Part shown: positions 48,310 through 56,576 of the stretch, piece after piece
Layout: every line of letters begins with the position of its first letter
How positions within the stretch are numbered: the stretch's first letter is position 1
Assembly: GCA_028702135.1 (NCBI GenBank)
Contig: JAQVPJ010000009.1
Span: 5,339-69,338, forward strand
From: Eubacteriales bacterium
Lineage (GTDB): Bacteria; Bacillota; Clostridia; Oscillospirales; CAG-382
DNA length: 64,000 nucleotides
Direction: 5' to 3'
Translations under genes and position numbers: made by a program
The notes under the pieces: model-generated
Seen by the model: the letters and a program-made list of their open reading frames with translations, nothing else
Databases searched by the model: none
What the model was told of the DNA's origin: nothing

Positions 48310-48578
48310 AAACAATTCCTATCCTCCAGAAATGAATGATTATATCATAGAAAGTATTACACCGATAATGGCGTTGCCGGCTAAACAAGCGTATTATTTA
48401 GATGGATAAAACATACCGGCAGATAGTCTGATGCTGACTTCTGAAAATGCAAAGTATTTTCCTAATGCCGGCTAAACAAGCGTCTAAATCAGATGGATAC
48501 TAATGCTGGCAATATTATACCATAAATTTTCGGTGTATGTAAAGTGTTTTTACTTATATAAAGCAAGGAGGTGATCTT

Positions 48579-48752
48579 TTGAGTCCAAAGGAATTACTTT
48601 ATATAGAGGACGCGTTGAACCATGAAAGTTTTCTAAAAACGCAGTGTCAGGAATGCGCAAACCAGCTTAGTGATCCGGTTTTAAAAAACTTTGTCAACGA
48701 GTTATGCCACAAACGCGGCGAGATTTTCAATGAGCTGTACCGTACTCTATAA
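48579..48752 (+). CDS. Small CotF-like spore coat protein (57 aa, below the ORF-track size cut-off)
   Basis: TTG start lies 6 nt after AAGGAGGTG. MSPKELLYIEDALNHESFLKTQCQECANQLSDPVLKNFVNELCHKRGEIFNELYRTL looks like a half Coat-F domain. It sits immediately upstream of a second CotF-like gene. Confidence 0.55.
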   Translation: MSPKELLYIEDALNHESFLKTQCQECANQLSDPVLKNFVNELCHKRGEIFNELYRTL

Positions 48753-48773
48753 ATTTTAGAAAGGACTAATAAA

Positions 48774-49022
48774 ATGGATGATAAATCCTTGATGGAGAGC
48801 TTACTCATTACGGTAAAGGGCGCGAGCGGTATCTATTATCACGGAATGGTTGAGTCCTCAACGGCAAATGTACGCAACACTTTCGACAACGCCCTGTCGA
48901 AAACCCTGCAGATGCAGAACGATATTTTTTGCAGAATGAGGGACAAGGGCTGGTATCAGACTCAGCCGGTCGATCAGAAGCAGATAACGCAGACCGCACA
49001 AAAATTTGCACAGATGCAATAG
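48774..49022 (+). CDS. CotF-like spore coat protein
   Basis: 82-aa protein with the Coat_F pattern (DDKSLMESLLITVKGASGIYYHGMVESSTANVRNTFDNAL...GWY). Confidence 0.65.
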   Translation: MDDKSLMESLLITVKGASGIYYHGMVESSTANVRNTFDNALSKTLQMQNDIFCRMRDKGWYQTQPVDQKQITQTAQKFAQMQ

Positions 49023-49040
49023 GATAGAACGATTCGGATA

Positions 49041-49090
49041 AAAAATCCCGTTTTTCTCATATCCATATGAGTTAAGCGGGATTTTTCTTT
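49041..49090 (+). terminator. Intrinsic terminator after the CotF-like genes
   Basis: Outer stem AAAAATCCCG / CGGGATTTTT, inner stem CTCATAT / ATATGAG, and a T-run. Confidence 0.7.
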
Positions 49091-49136
49091 GCTTCCGCAC
49101 ATTTTATGCGGAATGGATAAAAGAAAAAATTCGCTA

Positions 49137-49165
49137 TTGACAAACATAAGATTAACCATTATAAT
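49137..49165 (+). promoter_or_regulatory. Consensus sigma-A promoter of the T-box-like leader
   Basis: TTGACA (49137-49142), 17-nt spacer, TATAAT (49160-49165). Confidence 0.65.
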
Positions 49166-49189
49166 GGCAAATACCAGTATATTGACAAA

Positions 49190-49447
49190 TGCACAGACGA
49201 GGACACGAGCTACATAAGAAAAGGTATCAGAGAACTGCCGTAAGGTGCGAGGCAGTAGCCATCTTTTGCATAGCTTATCACCTCCGAGCAGCAATGCCGA
49301 AATTGATTCCGTACGAATTATATTAAGCATTGACGGAACACTCCGCCGTATTAATGAGGAGAGGCGTTGATTAGACGCAGCAAATGAGTGGTTAAATGAG
49401 GAACCCTTTACAGGACTTCATCTCGTTGCAGAGGAAGTTCTTTTTTT
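49190..49447 (+). promoter_or_regulatory. T-box-like transcription-attenuation leader (candidate Ile specifier AUC)
   Basis: Folded by hand. Stem I-like element 49190-49290 has base UGC..GACGAGG / CCUCCGAGCA, AG-type bulge AUCAGAGA, and distal loop GUAAGGUGCGA. The antiterminator AAUGAG-[UGGUUAA]-AUGAGG...CUUCAU-CUCGUU spans 49383-49427. It competes with terminator GGACUUCAUCU / AGAGGAAGUUC plus U7 (49413-49447), about 10 nt before the RBS. Confidence 0.65.
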
Positions 49448-49469
49448 ATTTTTCGAAAGGAGTTTATTT

Positions 49470-51746
49470 ATGGGAAATCAAACAAAGCTGATAGCTTCAC
49501 GTCTTAAATGGGCACGTACAAACACCGATTTGTCTGTAGCGCAGATTGCAAAAGCATGTGACGTTGACGAGCAAAAATACCTTACTCTTGAGGAGGGTAA
49601 TGACGACTTCTCCTTCACATTTCTCTACAAGGCAGCTCTTGCTCTGAAAATGGATATTTCAGAGCTTGTATCGGGGGATAACCCAAAGCTCAGCTTTTTC
49701 AATGTTACCCGTGCAGGCGAGGGTATGCCGATCAAACGCAGAGAGGGCTTTAATTACCGGCACATGGCGCCCCTGTTGAAAAACAGAGCATCCGAACCCT
49801 TTATAGTAACTGCAAAATTTCAGCCCGATCAGCAGGATATGCCTATTCCGCTCTCAACACACAGAGGGCAGGAATTTGATATGGTTATCAAGGGTACGCT
49901 TAAAGTGCAGCTCGATGACCATATCATAGTGCTCAGGCAGGGAGATACCGTTTACTACGATTCCTCTCACCGCCACGGTATGATTGCCGTCGACGGCGAG
50001 GATTGTACCTTCCTTGCTGTTGTGTTCAAAGCAGAGGGAGAAACAGCGACGGATATTGAACCTATGCCGGTTGAACGCAAACCTGAAAAAGAGGGTGTAC
50101 ATGATGCTGTTTATGACGGACTTATCTACAAGCAGTACGTCACAGAAACCCTTAACGAGGACGGCACGCTCAAAACATTTGAAATGCACCCGACACCTGA
50201 CTTCAATTTTTCATACGATGTGCTTGACGCGCTTGCGGAAAAGATTCCGGATAAGCGGGCAATGCTATGGGTTTCCGCTAAAAAAGAGGAAAAATCCTTT
50301 ACATTCTCTGAAATGAAAAGGCTTACCAATCAGACCGCAAATTATTTCAAATCGCTCGGAATCGGATACGGAGACAGGGTAATGCTCGTATTAAAGCGTC
50401 ATTATCAGTTCTGGATGGCGATTTTAGCGCTTCATAAGTTAGGAGCGGTTGCTGTTCCGGCGACAAACCTTTTGTTGGAGAAAGATTATATCTACCGCTT
50501 TGATGCGGGTCAGATAAAAGCTATCGTATGCACCGCCGACGGAAACTGCGCACAAGAGGTTGACAAGGCGGCATTAAAATGCCCCTCCTTAAAAATTAAA
50601 TCACTCGTTAGAGGCTCACGCGAAGGGTGGTCGGATTTTGACGCGGAGGTTGCAAAGCAAAGCGATGTATTTGAACGGATTAAGACAAGCAAGGACGATC
50701 CTTCGATAATGTTCTTCACCTCAGGTACTACAGGATACCCCAAAATAGCGACACATACGGCAACCTATCCCATAGGGCATATAATTACCGCCCGCTGGTG
50801 GCACAAGGTAAATCCGGACGGCCTGCACCTTACCGTCGCCGATACAGGCTGGGGCAAGGCGTTGTGGGGCAAGCTTTATGGGCAATGGTTCTGCGAGAGC
50901 GCAATATTCGTATATGATATGGATAGGTTCAGCGCAGACGATCTGCTTCCGATGTTTTCAAAATATAAAATAACCACCTTCTGCGCACCGCCTACAATAT
51001 ACCGGTTTCTCATAAAGGAGGATCTGACAAAATACGATCTTTCCTCCATAGAGTACGCAACCACTGCAGGAGAGGCTCTTAATCCCGAGGTTTTCAACCG
51101 ATTCAGGGAATACACCGGGCTTACGATTATGGAGGGCTTCGGTCAGACAGAAACCACCCTCTCTATATGTAATTTAATCGGCACCACGCCCAAGATAGGC
51201 TCTATGGGACGCCCGAGTCCCGCCTATGATATGCATATACTGCGCGAGGACGGAACCGAAGCGGAGGTAGGCGAGGTCGGAGAAATTGTAGTCCGCACAA
51301 AAAAAGAGACCTGTGGACTTTTCCTCGGATATTATCTGAACGAAGAAAAAACAAAGGAGGTCTGGTATGACGGCTATTACCACACGGGCGACACCGCCTG
51401 GTTAGATGAGGACGGCTTTTACTGGTATGTAGGTAGGACAGACGATGTTATCAAATCAAGCGGATACCGCATAGGTCCGTTTGAAATCGAAAGCGTTATC
51501 ATGGAGCTCCCATATGTTCTCGAGTGTGCGGTTACGGGTATTCCCGACGAAATAAGAGGAACGATTGTAAAAGCAACCGTTGTTCTTACAAAAGGTAAAC
51601 AACCGAGCGGCGAGCTTGTCAAGGAAATACAGGATTATGTGAAGAGCAAAACTGCTCCCTATAAGTACCCCAGAAGAGTTGAATTCGCCGATTCGCTACC
51701 AAAGACGATCAGCGGTAAGATAAGACGGGTGGAATTGAAAAACTAA
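49470..51746 (+). CDS. HTH(XRE)-cupin-acyl-CoA synthetase fusion (AMP-forming, medium-chain-type)
   Basis: Residues 1-70 form an XRE HTH (LSVAQIAKACDVDEQKYLTLEEG). Residues 90-185 form a cupin (GQEFDMVIKGTLKV...GDTVYYDSSHRHG). The remainder is an adenylate-forming enzyme (FFTSGTTGYPK, GFGQTET, YHTGD, GRTDDVIKSSGYRIGPFEIES, PKTISGKIRR). Confidence 0.88.
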   Translation: MGNQTKLIASRLKWARTNTDLSVAQIAKACDVDEQKYLTLEEGNDDFSFTFLYKAALALKMDISELVSGDNPKLSFFNVTRAGEGMPIKRREGFNYRHMAPLLKNRASEPFIVTAKFQPDQQDMPIPLSTHRGQEFDMVIKGTLKVQLDDHIIVLRQGDTVYYDSSHRHGMIAVDGEDCTFLAVVFKAEGETATDIEPMPVERKPEKEGVHDAVYDGLIYKQYVTETLNEDGTLKTFEMHPTPDFNFSYDVLDALAEKIPDKRAMLWVSAKKEEKSFTFSEMKRLTNQTANYFKSLGIGYGDRVMLVLKRHYQFWMAILALHKLGAVAVPATNLLLEKDYIYRFDAGQIKAIVCTADGNCAQEVDKAALKCPSLKIKSLVRGSREGWSDFDAEVAKQSDVFERIKTSKDDPSIMFFTSGTTGYPKIATHTATYPIGHIITARWWHKVNPDGLHLTVADTGWGKALWGKLYGQWFCESAIFVYDMDRFSADDLLPMFSKYKITTFCAPPTIYRFLIKEDLTKYDLSSIEYATTAGEALNPEVFNRFREYTGLTIMEGFGQTETTLSICNLIGTTPKIGSMGRPSPAYDMHILREDGTEAEVGEVGEIVVRTKKETCGLFLGYYLNEEKTKEVWYDGYYHTGDTAWLDEDGFYWYVGRTDDVIKSSGYRIGPFEIESVIMELPYVLECAVTGIPDEIRGTIVKATVVLTKGKQPSGELVKEIQDYVKSKTAPYKYPRRVEFADSLPKTISGKIRRVELKN

Positions 51747-51776
51747 TCACAATATAAATATATTCGTGGAAAAATG

Positions 51777-51807
51777 CGGAGAGTCGGGTTTGACTCTCCG
51801 TATTTTG
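51777..51807 (+). terminator. Intrinsic terminator
   Basis: Stem CGGAGAGTC-GGGTTT-GACTCTCCG followed by TATTTTGT. Confidence 0.75.
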
Positions 51808-51833
51808 TACGTCTTTTAAGAAAGCGGACTGTT

Positions 51834-52496
51834 TTATCTGATTGTACTGTCGGAGTTTTTTACCGTTTCGATGTATTTCTGCACGTTCTCAAGACCATAG
51901 GCTTCTCCCGCTCTTCTTCCCCTATAAGAACAATAGATAAAAGCAGCTGTAATCAGTAAGGAGTATACGATAATGAACGCAGCTAATTTATCATTGATCC
52001 CCGTTATTACAAAGTTGTTTACCCTTATGTCGTCTTGGGCAATTTCTTTCAAAACATTGTGCTTGTTTACCACACCGAAAACCGAGGCAGTCAGCGCTGA
52101 CGGATACCAAAACTGCGATGCAAATATCCCGCAGAAATGAGTGCCGGTTCCCATATACATATTTATTATATAAATGATTGTTCCGCTTAGAACTGTCTGT
52201 GTTTTAACTTTTTTTTCGGGCTGTACTATCCTCGCCTTGTAAGCAATCTTATAGCCCGCAATATAGCTTGTCAAATACCCTGCTATAATAAACGATATTA
52301 TTGTTACGGCTCCCATTGCAGGATAAACCACATTGAACAAGTACGAGGCATCTGCATGAAGCTCGACGATAGTCGGTGTTTTTATAAAAAAAGAAACTAT
52401 TAACCGAGTGAAAAATGGTAAAATGGATGCAATAAACATTGATAAGGTAAAAATTACGATACCGAAGAAAAAACCGTCATACTTTTTTTCATACAT
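51834..52496 (-). CDS. Polytopic membrane protein, unknown function
   Basis: 220-aa ORF with about five hydrophobic helices. No family recognised. Confidence 0.55.
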   Translation of the reverse strand: MYEKKYDGFFFGIVIFTLSMFIASILPFFTRLIVSFFIKTPTIVELHADASYLFNVVYPAMGAVTIISFIIAGYLTSYIAGYKIAYKARIVQPEKKVKTQTVLSGTIIYIINMYMGTGTHFCGIFASQFWYPSALTASVFGVVNKHNVLKEIAQDDIRVNNFVITGINDKLAAFIIVYSLLITAAFIYCSYRGRRAGEAYGLENVQKYIETVKNSDSTIR

Positions 52497-52686
52497 ACAG
52501 AGAATCTCCTATTATAAAAAATTCTTTTTCATAAATTTAAATCGGATAAATATATATGCAAACATTATATAACAATTTATTTATAATTGCAACATGCAAT
52601 TTTAATTATACTTGACTTAGACCTCTTTATAAGGTATAATTCATTGAGCAAATATTACATAAAATTAATCTGAAAGCTGGCGTAAC

Positions 52687-53643
52687 ATGAGCGGTTTTTA
52701 TGGGATTTACGAGTACTTGAAAAAAAACATGGAAAAAGCCATAATAGGCAAAGGAGAGGTAGTCGACCTTGCGATTATTACGCTTTTTAGCGGAGGACAT
52801 CTGCTTATAGACGATGTTCCGGGTACAGGAAAAACCCTTCTCGCAAAAACGCTTGCCGCCTCGATAAGCTGCAGCTTCAAACGTATTCAGTTCACTCCCG
52901 ATCTTCTGCCGTCTGACCTTACGGGAGTAAATTACTTCAACATGAAAAGCTCATCGTTCGAGTTCATACCGGGGCCTATTTTTACAAACATACTCCTCGC
53001 TGACGAAATAAACCGTGCAACCCCGAGAACACAAGCAGGATTACTTGAATGCATGGAGGAACGGCAGGTCACGGTTGAGGGACGTACCTATCGGCTTGAA
53101 AGCCCTTTTGCTGTAATAGCAACTCAGAATCCTATCGACAACATGGGCACTTTTCCGCTTCCGGAGGCTCAGCTTGACCGTTTCCTTGTAAAAACGAGCA
53201 TGGGATACCCCACTCACGCAGAGAGCAACCGAATAATCGAGAACAACAGTATCACGCAATATGCAGCCGACTCGGTCCTCACGAAAGAGGATGTTTTTAA
53301 AGCTGCGGAGGAGCTTAACAGGGTTTATATCCATCCGGATATCATCGATTATATAAGCAGCATCATCGAGTTTACAAGGCAACAACCGGATGTGCTGCTG
53401 GGTGCAAGTCCGAGAGCGGGTATCCACCTATTAAAGGTCGCCAAAGGATATGCGGCAATTTCGAAGAGAGGATTTGTATTACCGGACGACGTAAAAAGAG
53501 CCGCAGTCCCTGTGCTTGCACACAGACTTGTGCTGACAAATTCCGCAAGAATGAAGAATGCGATGGATCGAACCATAATAAAAGAACTGCTTTACAAGGT
53601 CGCAGTTCCCACTGAGGCTGTGTTCGATGGCGGAGGAAAATAA
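52687..53643 (+). CDS. MoxR family AAA+ ATPase
   Basis: Walker A (DDVPGTGKT), Walker B plus sensor region (LLADEINRATPRTQAGLLECMEERQVTVEG), and MoxR length. Confidence 0.9.
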   Translation: MSGFYGIYEYLKKNMEKAIIGKGEVVDLAIITLFSGGHLLIDDVPGTGKTLLAKTLAASISCSFKRIQFTPDLLPSDLTGVNYFNMKSSSFEFIPGPIFTNILLADEINRATPRTQAGLLECMEERQVTVEGRTYRLESPFAVIATQNPIDNMGTFPLPEAQLDRFLVKTSMGYPTHAESNRIIENNSITQYAADSVLTKEDVFKAAEELNRVYIHPDIIDYISSIIEFTRQQPDVLLGASPRAGIHLLKVAKGYAAISKRGFVLPDDVKRAAVPVLAHRLVLTNSARMKNAMDRTIIKELLYKVAVPTEAVFDGGGK

Positions 53644-53648
53644 TATAG

Positions 53649-54779
53649 ATGAACTCATTTCCTATGTTTCTTGATAAGATAGAGGAATTTTTCTCTTCCG
53701 GATTTTATATATTTCTGGTATTTCCGGCATTGATCGCCGCTCTTATCATTTTGTTGTATAATCTGCTGATCTTGATGCGCAAAAACGCAATCGGCAGGCT
53801 GATTTATAGTCGTTCTTTCTCCGAAGAGGGTGTTTACGCAGGTGACAGCGTTGTTCTTACAGAGGTAATATATAACCCGACTGTTTTTCCCCTGTTTCGC
53901 CTTGACGTGGGTTGCTATATAAGCACCGGTCTTGAAATCGACGGAGAGACAACGGATGTAAATGAGTATCTGGAATATTTTTCGAGCCGGTTTCATCTGC
54001 CTCCCTTTACGCGAATAACCCGTACTCACACAGTAAAATGCAATACAAGAGGCCATTATGTGCTTCAAACAGCCGAGATTTACTGTGATAGAAAATACAT
54101 ATATATACCCTCTAAAGCAGAGCTTTTCGTGTATCCGAAGCCGTTGGGAGAAACGGAACGGATTTTACCCCAACTAAATTTGCTTGGCAGCGAGCTCTCA
54201 AAAAACCGCTTTATAAATGATCCTTTTATGTTCGTGGGAGTACGGGACTATATTCCGGGAGATGCTTTTTCGAGCATAAATTTCAAAGCCTCGGCACGTA
54301 CGATAAAAGGTGGCGTACGGCAGCTTATGGTCAATAACCATGACTTCTCCTCACAGTTGAACATTATGATATACATGGATTTTGACGTGCCGCGCTTTAT
54401 GAAAATAGATACGCCGATGTATGAGGACCTTATCGAGCTTGGTCTTTCATATTCCGCTGAAATAATCAGCCGCGCAACCCTGCAGGGAGGAAAAGTAGGC
54501 TTTGCTGCTAACGCAAAGAGCTATGACGGCTCCATGTACCTGCGCCATAAACCATTTGCCGGTACGGTCCATGTTGTTGATATATTCAAGAATTTAGCGG
54601 CGATTACACCTATGACCGGGGCCTCGTTCTTATCGCTTTTGGACGCAGACCTTAACTATTCGCCTGTTGAAACTGATATCGTTATCATAACCTTCGATAT
54701 AAACGCTGAACTCGAGAGCAGAATAAGGCGTCTGAGAAGGTACGGCAAAGGAGTTTCCGTAATAACTTTAGGGGTGTAG
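53649..54779 (+). CDS. DUF58 domain protein (vWA-like partner of MoxR)
   Basis: N-terminal TM helices and the DUF58 signature GVRDYIPGDAFSSINFKASART. Confidence 0.82.
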   Translation: MNSFPMFLDKIEEFFSSGFYIFLVFPALIAALIILLYNLLILMRKNAIGRLIYSRSFSEEGVYAGDSVVLTEVIYNPTVFPLFRLDVGCYISTGLEIDGETTDVNEYLEYFSSRFHLPPFTRITRTHTVKCNTRGHYVLQTAEIYCDRKYIYIPSKAELFVYPKPLGETERILPQLNLLGSELSKNRFINDPFMFVGVRDYIPGDAFSSINFKASARTIKGGVRQLMVNNHDFSSQLNIMIYMDFDVPRFMKIDTPMYEDLIELGLSYSAEIISRATLQGGKVGFAANAKSYDGSMYLRHKPFAGTVHVVDIFKNLAAITPMTGASFLSLLDADLNYSPVETDIVIITFDINAELESRIRRLRRYGKGVSVITLGV

Positions 54780-54780
54780 C

Positions 54781-55443
54781 GTGAGTAACTTTTTAAAGAA
54801 ATATAATCAAACAAAAGGCGTAATATCAGCCGTTTTATATGCTGCTCTTCTGGGTGCTTTTTTACAGATATTCGAGAAATCGAGATATACCGACAGCACT
54901 CTGAACGGCTTTGCTTTCGCCGGGATTATCGTAACCGGTTTTCTTTTTATACGTGCTATAATTAGGCTGCTCAAGAAAAAGTATAAAAAATTCTTTAAAA
55001 AGCTTAGTCAAAAAACAAAAAAGCTGAAAGCGTTTTTTAAGCAGTTCGGAAAAAGATTTACCAACAGGTTCGGTATAAAAAAACTTCGTTATTTATTACT
55101 GGGCAATGATAAAATAGAATTTATGCTTGGAGAAATAAGAAGAAACAGAAAACGGGAAAAAGAGAAGCAAAAAAGGCTGAAACTGCCCAAGTGGGAGGAG
55201 CTTAAAAACAACAGAGCGCGGGTGCGTTATATATACACCGTTTTTCTTCTGCGCCTCTGCAAGGGTAATTATAGAATCGACCCGGCAAAGACTCCGGCGG
55301 AAATAGCAAAAGTTCATGCCCAAAACGATATGCAACGCCGGCTTTTTGCTTATTACTCAAAGGTCAGGTACGAAGATGAAAGCCTGCCTGTTAAAAACGA
55401 GGTTGTAACCGAGCTTTTAAGTAATGTAAAAATCAGCAGGTAG
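54781..55443 (+). CDS. Membrane protein with Lys-rich linker and DUF4129-like C-terminus
   Basis: Two TM helices, a KKKYKKFFKK basic stretch, and a C-terminal TPAEIA...YYSKVRYEDE pattern like DUF4129. GTG start lies 4 nt after GGGGTG. It is the third gene of the MoxR operon. Confidence 0.55.
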   Translation: MSNFLKKYNQTKGVISAVLYAALLGAFLQIFEKSRYTDSTLNGFAFAGIIVTGFLFIRAIIRLLKKKYKKFFKKLSQKTKKLKAFFKQFGKRFTNRFGIKKLRYLLLGNDKIEFMLGEIRRNRKREKEKQKRLKLPKWEELKNNRARVRYIYTVFLLRLCKGNYRIDPAKTPAEIAKVHAQNDMQRRLFAYYSKVRYEDESLPVKNEVVTELLSNVKISR

Positions 55444-55590
55444 GTTTTTCCGCTTAATAATTTTTTTTTTCATTTTTGATGCGATTATAAGAATATCGCC
55501 CGATGAACGGATAAAAAAATCACTCCGTTAAAAATCAAAAGAGATTGAAAAAAACAGGTTTGAAATATCTGTAAAAAGCAGGCCTTTAAC

Positions 55591-55620
55591 AAAAAATACG
55601 GCGGAGAAATTCTCCACCGT
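55591..55620 (-). terminator. Intrinsic terminator after rex
   Basis: Minus strand reads ACGGTGGAGAA-TT-TCTCCGCCGT followed by ATTTTTTG. Confidence 0.75.
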
Positions 55621-55633
55621 TACGTTTTTCTTC

Positions 55634-56263
55634 TTATCGGTTTTTGCCAATCTGTTCCGAAAGGTGATTTGACAAGACGGCAAGGGATGCGGCCATATTC
55701 TCATTTTGAACAAGAATTCCATCGGGTACTTTAAGATGAACAGGTGCAAAGTTCCATATAGCAAGCACTCCGCTCTCCACCAAAAGATCGCATACCTCCT
55801 GTGCCGATGCGGCGGGAACGGTTATTATCCCTATCTTTATTTTCATCCTGCCGCATATCTCCTTGAGCCTGAAAATAGGTAAAATAAGCTCCTGCTCGTT
55901 CACGACATCCGGATTTTGATCAAAGGCAAGCAAAATATTAAGACCGTATTCCTTAAATCCGGTATAACCCATCAATGCCCTGCCCAACTTGCCCGCTCCG
56001 ACGATAACAGCGTTGTTATTATTGTCATAACCAAGAAAAGCGACCAGCTCTCTGATCAGGTCTTCGGTATTGTAGCCGATTTTCGGTTTCCCCGACGTGC
56101 TTACGCACGCTAAGTCCTTACGTACCTGAACATCGTTAAGCCTTAATTCCTCCGCAATGGCGGTAGCAGATATGTTTATTACCGTGTCGGGCAGGGATTT
56201 GAGATAATTAAGATAAAGCGGCAGCCTTTGCAGGGTGGATTTTGAAATATTCTGATTCGACAT
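55634..56263 (-). CDS. rex: Redox-sensing transcriptional repressor Rex
   Basis: N-terminal winged helix (TLQRLPLYLNYLK) and a Rossmann NADH domain (VIVGAGKLGRAL). Confidence 0.92.
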   Translation of the reverse strand: MSNQNISKSTLQRLPLYLNYLKSLPDTVINISATAIAEELRLNDVQVRKDLACVSTSGKPKIGYNTEDLIRELVAFLGYDNNNNAVIVGAGKLGRALMGYTGFKEYGLNILLAFDQNPDVVNEQELILPIFRLKEICGRMKIKIGIITVPAASAQEVCDLLVESGVLAIWNFAPVHLKVPDGILVQNENMAASLAVLSNHLSEQIGKNR

Positions 56264-56576
56264 ATTACCGCACTCCTAACATTCAGTCTTTATCCCAGAT
56301 TCATTCTCATATATGCGTTCTTTCCCGTATATATGTGGGATTTATGAAGATATTTGCAACAGTATATCACGATACACAAGAAATATCAATATGAATGAAT
56401 TATTTGCCGGTTATAACTTTTTTATATGGAGCTTCATAGAAAAATTAATTGATTCAGATAAGAAAATATATAAATGCCTTATTGCATTGAAGGAATGATT
56501 GTAGTAAACTGATTTTAGTTGATGAAAAAGTTTATCTGGTTAGTCAAACGGGTTTTTTCAAACAGGAGGAATTTAT

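Noticed and set aside
48221-48409. 62-aa plus-strand ORF
   Set aside because: It has a non-ATG start and no RBS. It lies antisense to a better-supported 32-aa membrane-peptide ORF that has an RBS and promoter.
48072-48513. CRISPR array
   Set aside because: There are only 2 to 2.4 repeat copies, no regular repeat-spacer periodicity and no cas genes. The two repeat sets have different sequences and are described as separate findings.
49182-49187. Second TTGACA hexamer as an additional promoter
   Set aside because: No -10-like hexamer occurs at 16-18 nt downstream (ACGAGC is found there). It is better explained as part of the TATTGACAAA direct repeat.
48974-49330. 118-aa minus-strand ORF
   Set aside because: It runs antisense through a terminator, a consensus promoter and the T-box-like leader. 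It has no RBS and an unconvincing sequence.
56264-56576. Rex operator (TTGTGAA-N6-TTCACAA or TTGTTAA-N4-TTAACAA type) between rex and pflB
   Set aside because: I scanned both strands by eye and found no palindrome close to either consensus. Rex control of pflBA remains only a plausible guess from adjacency.
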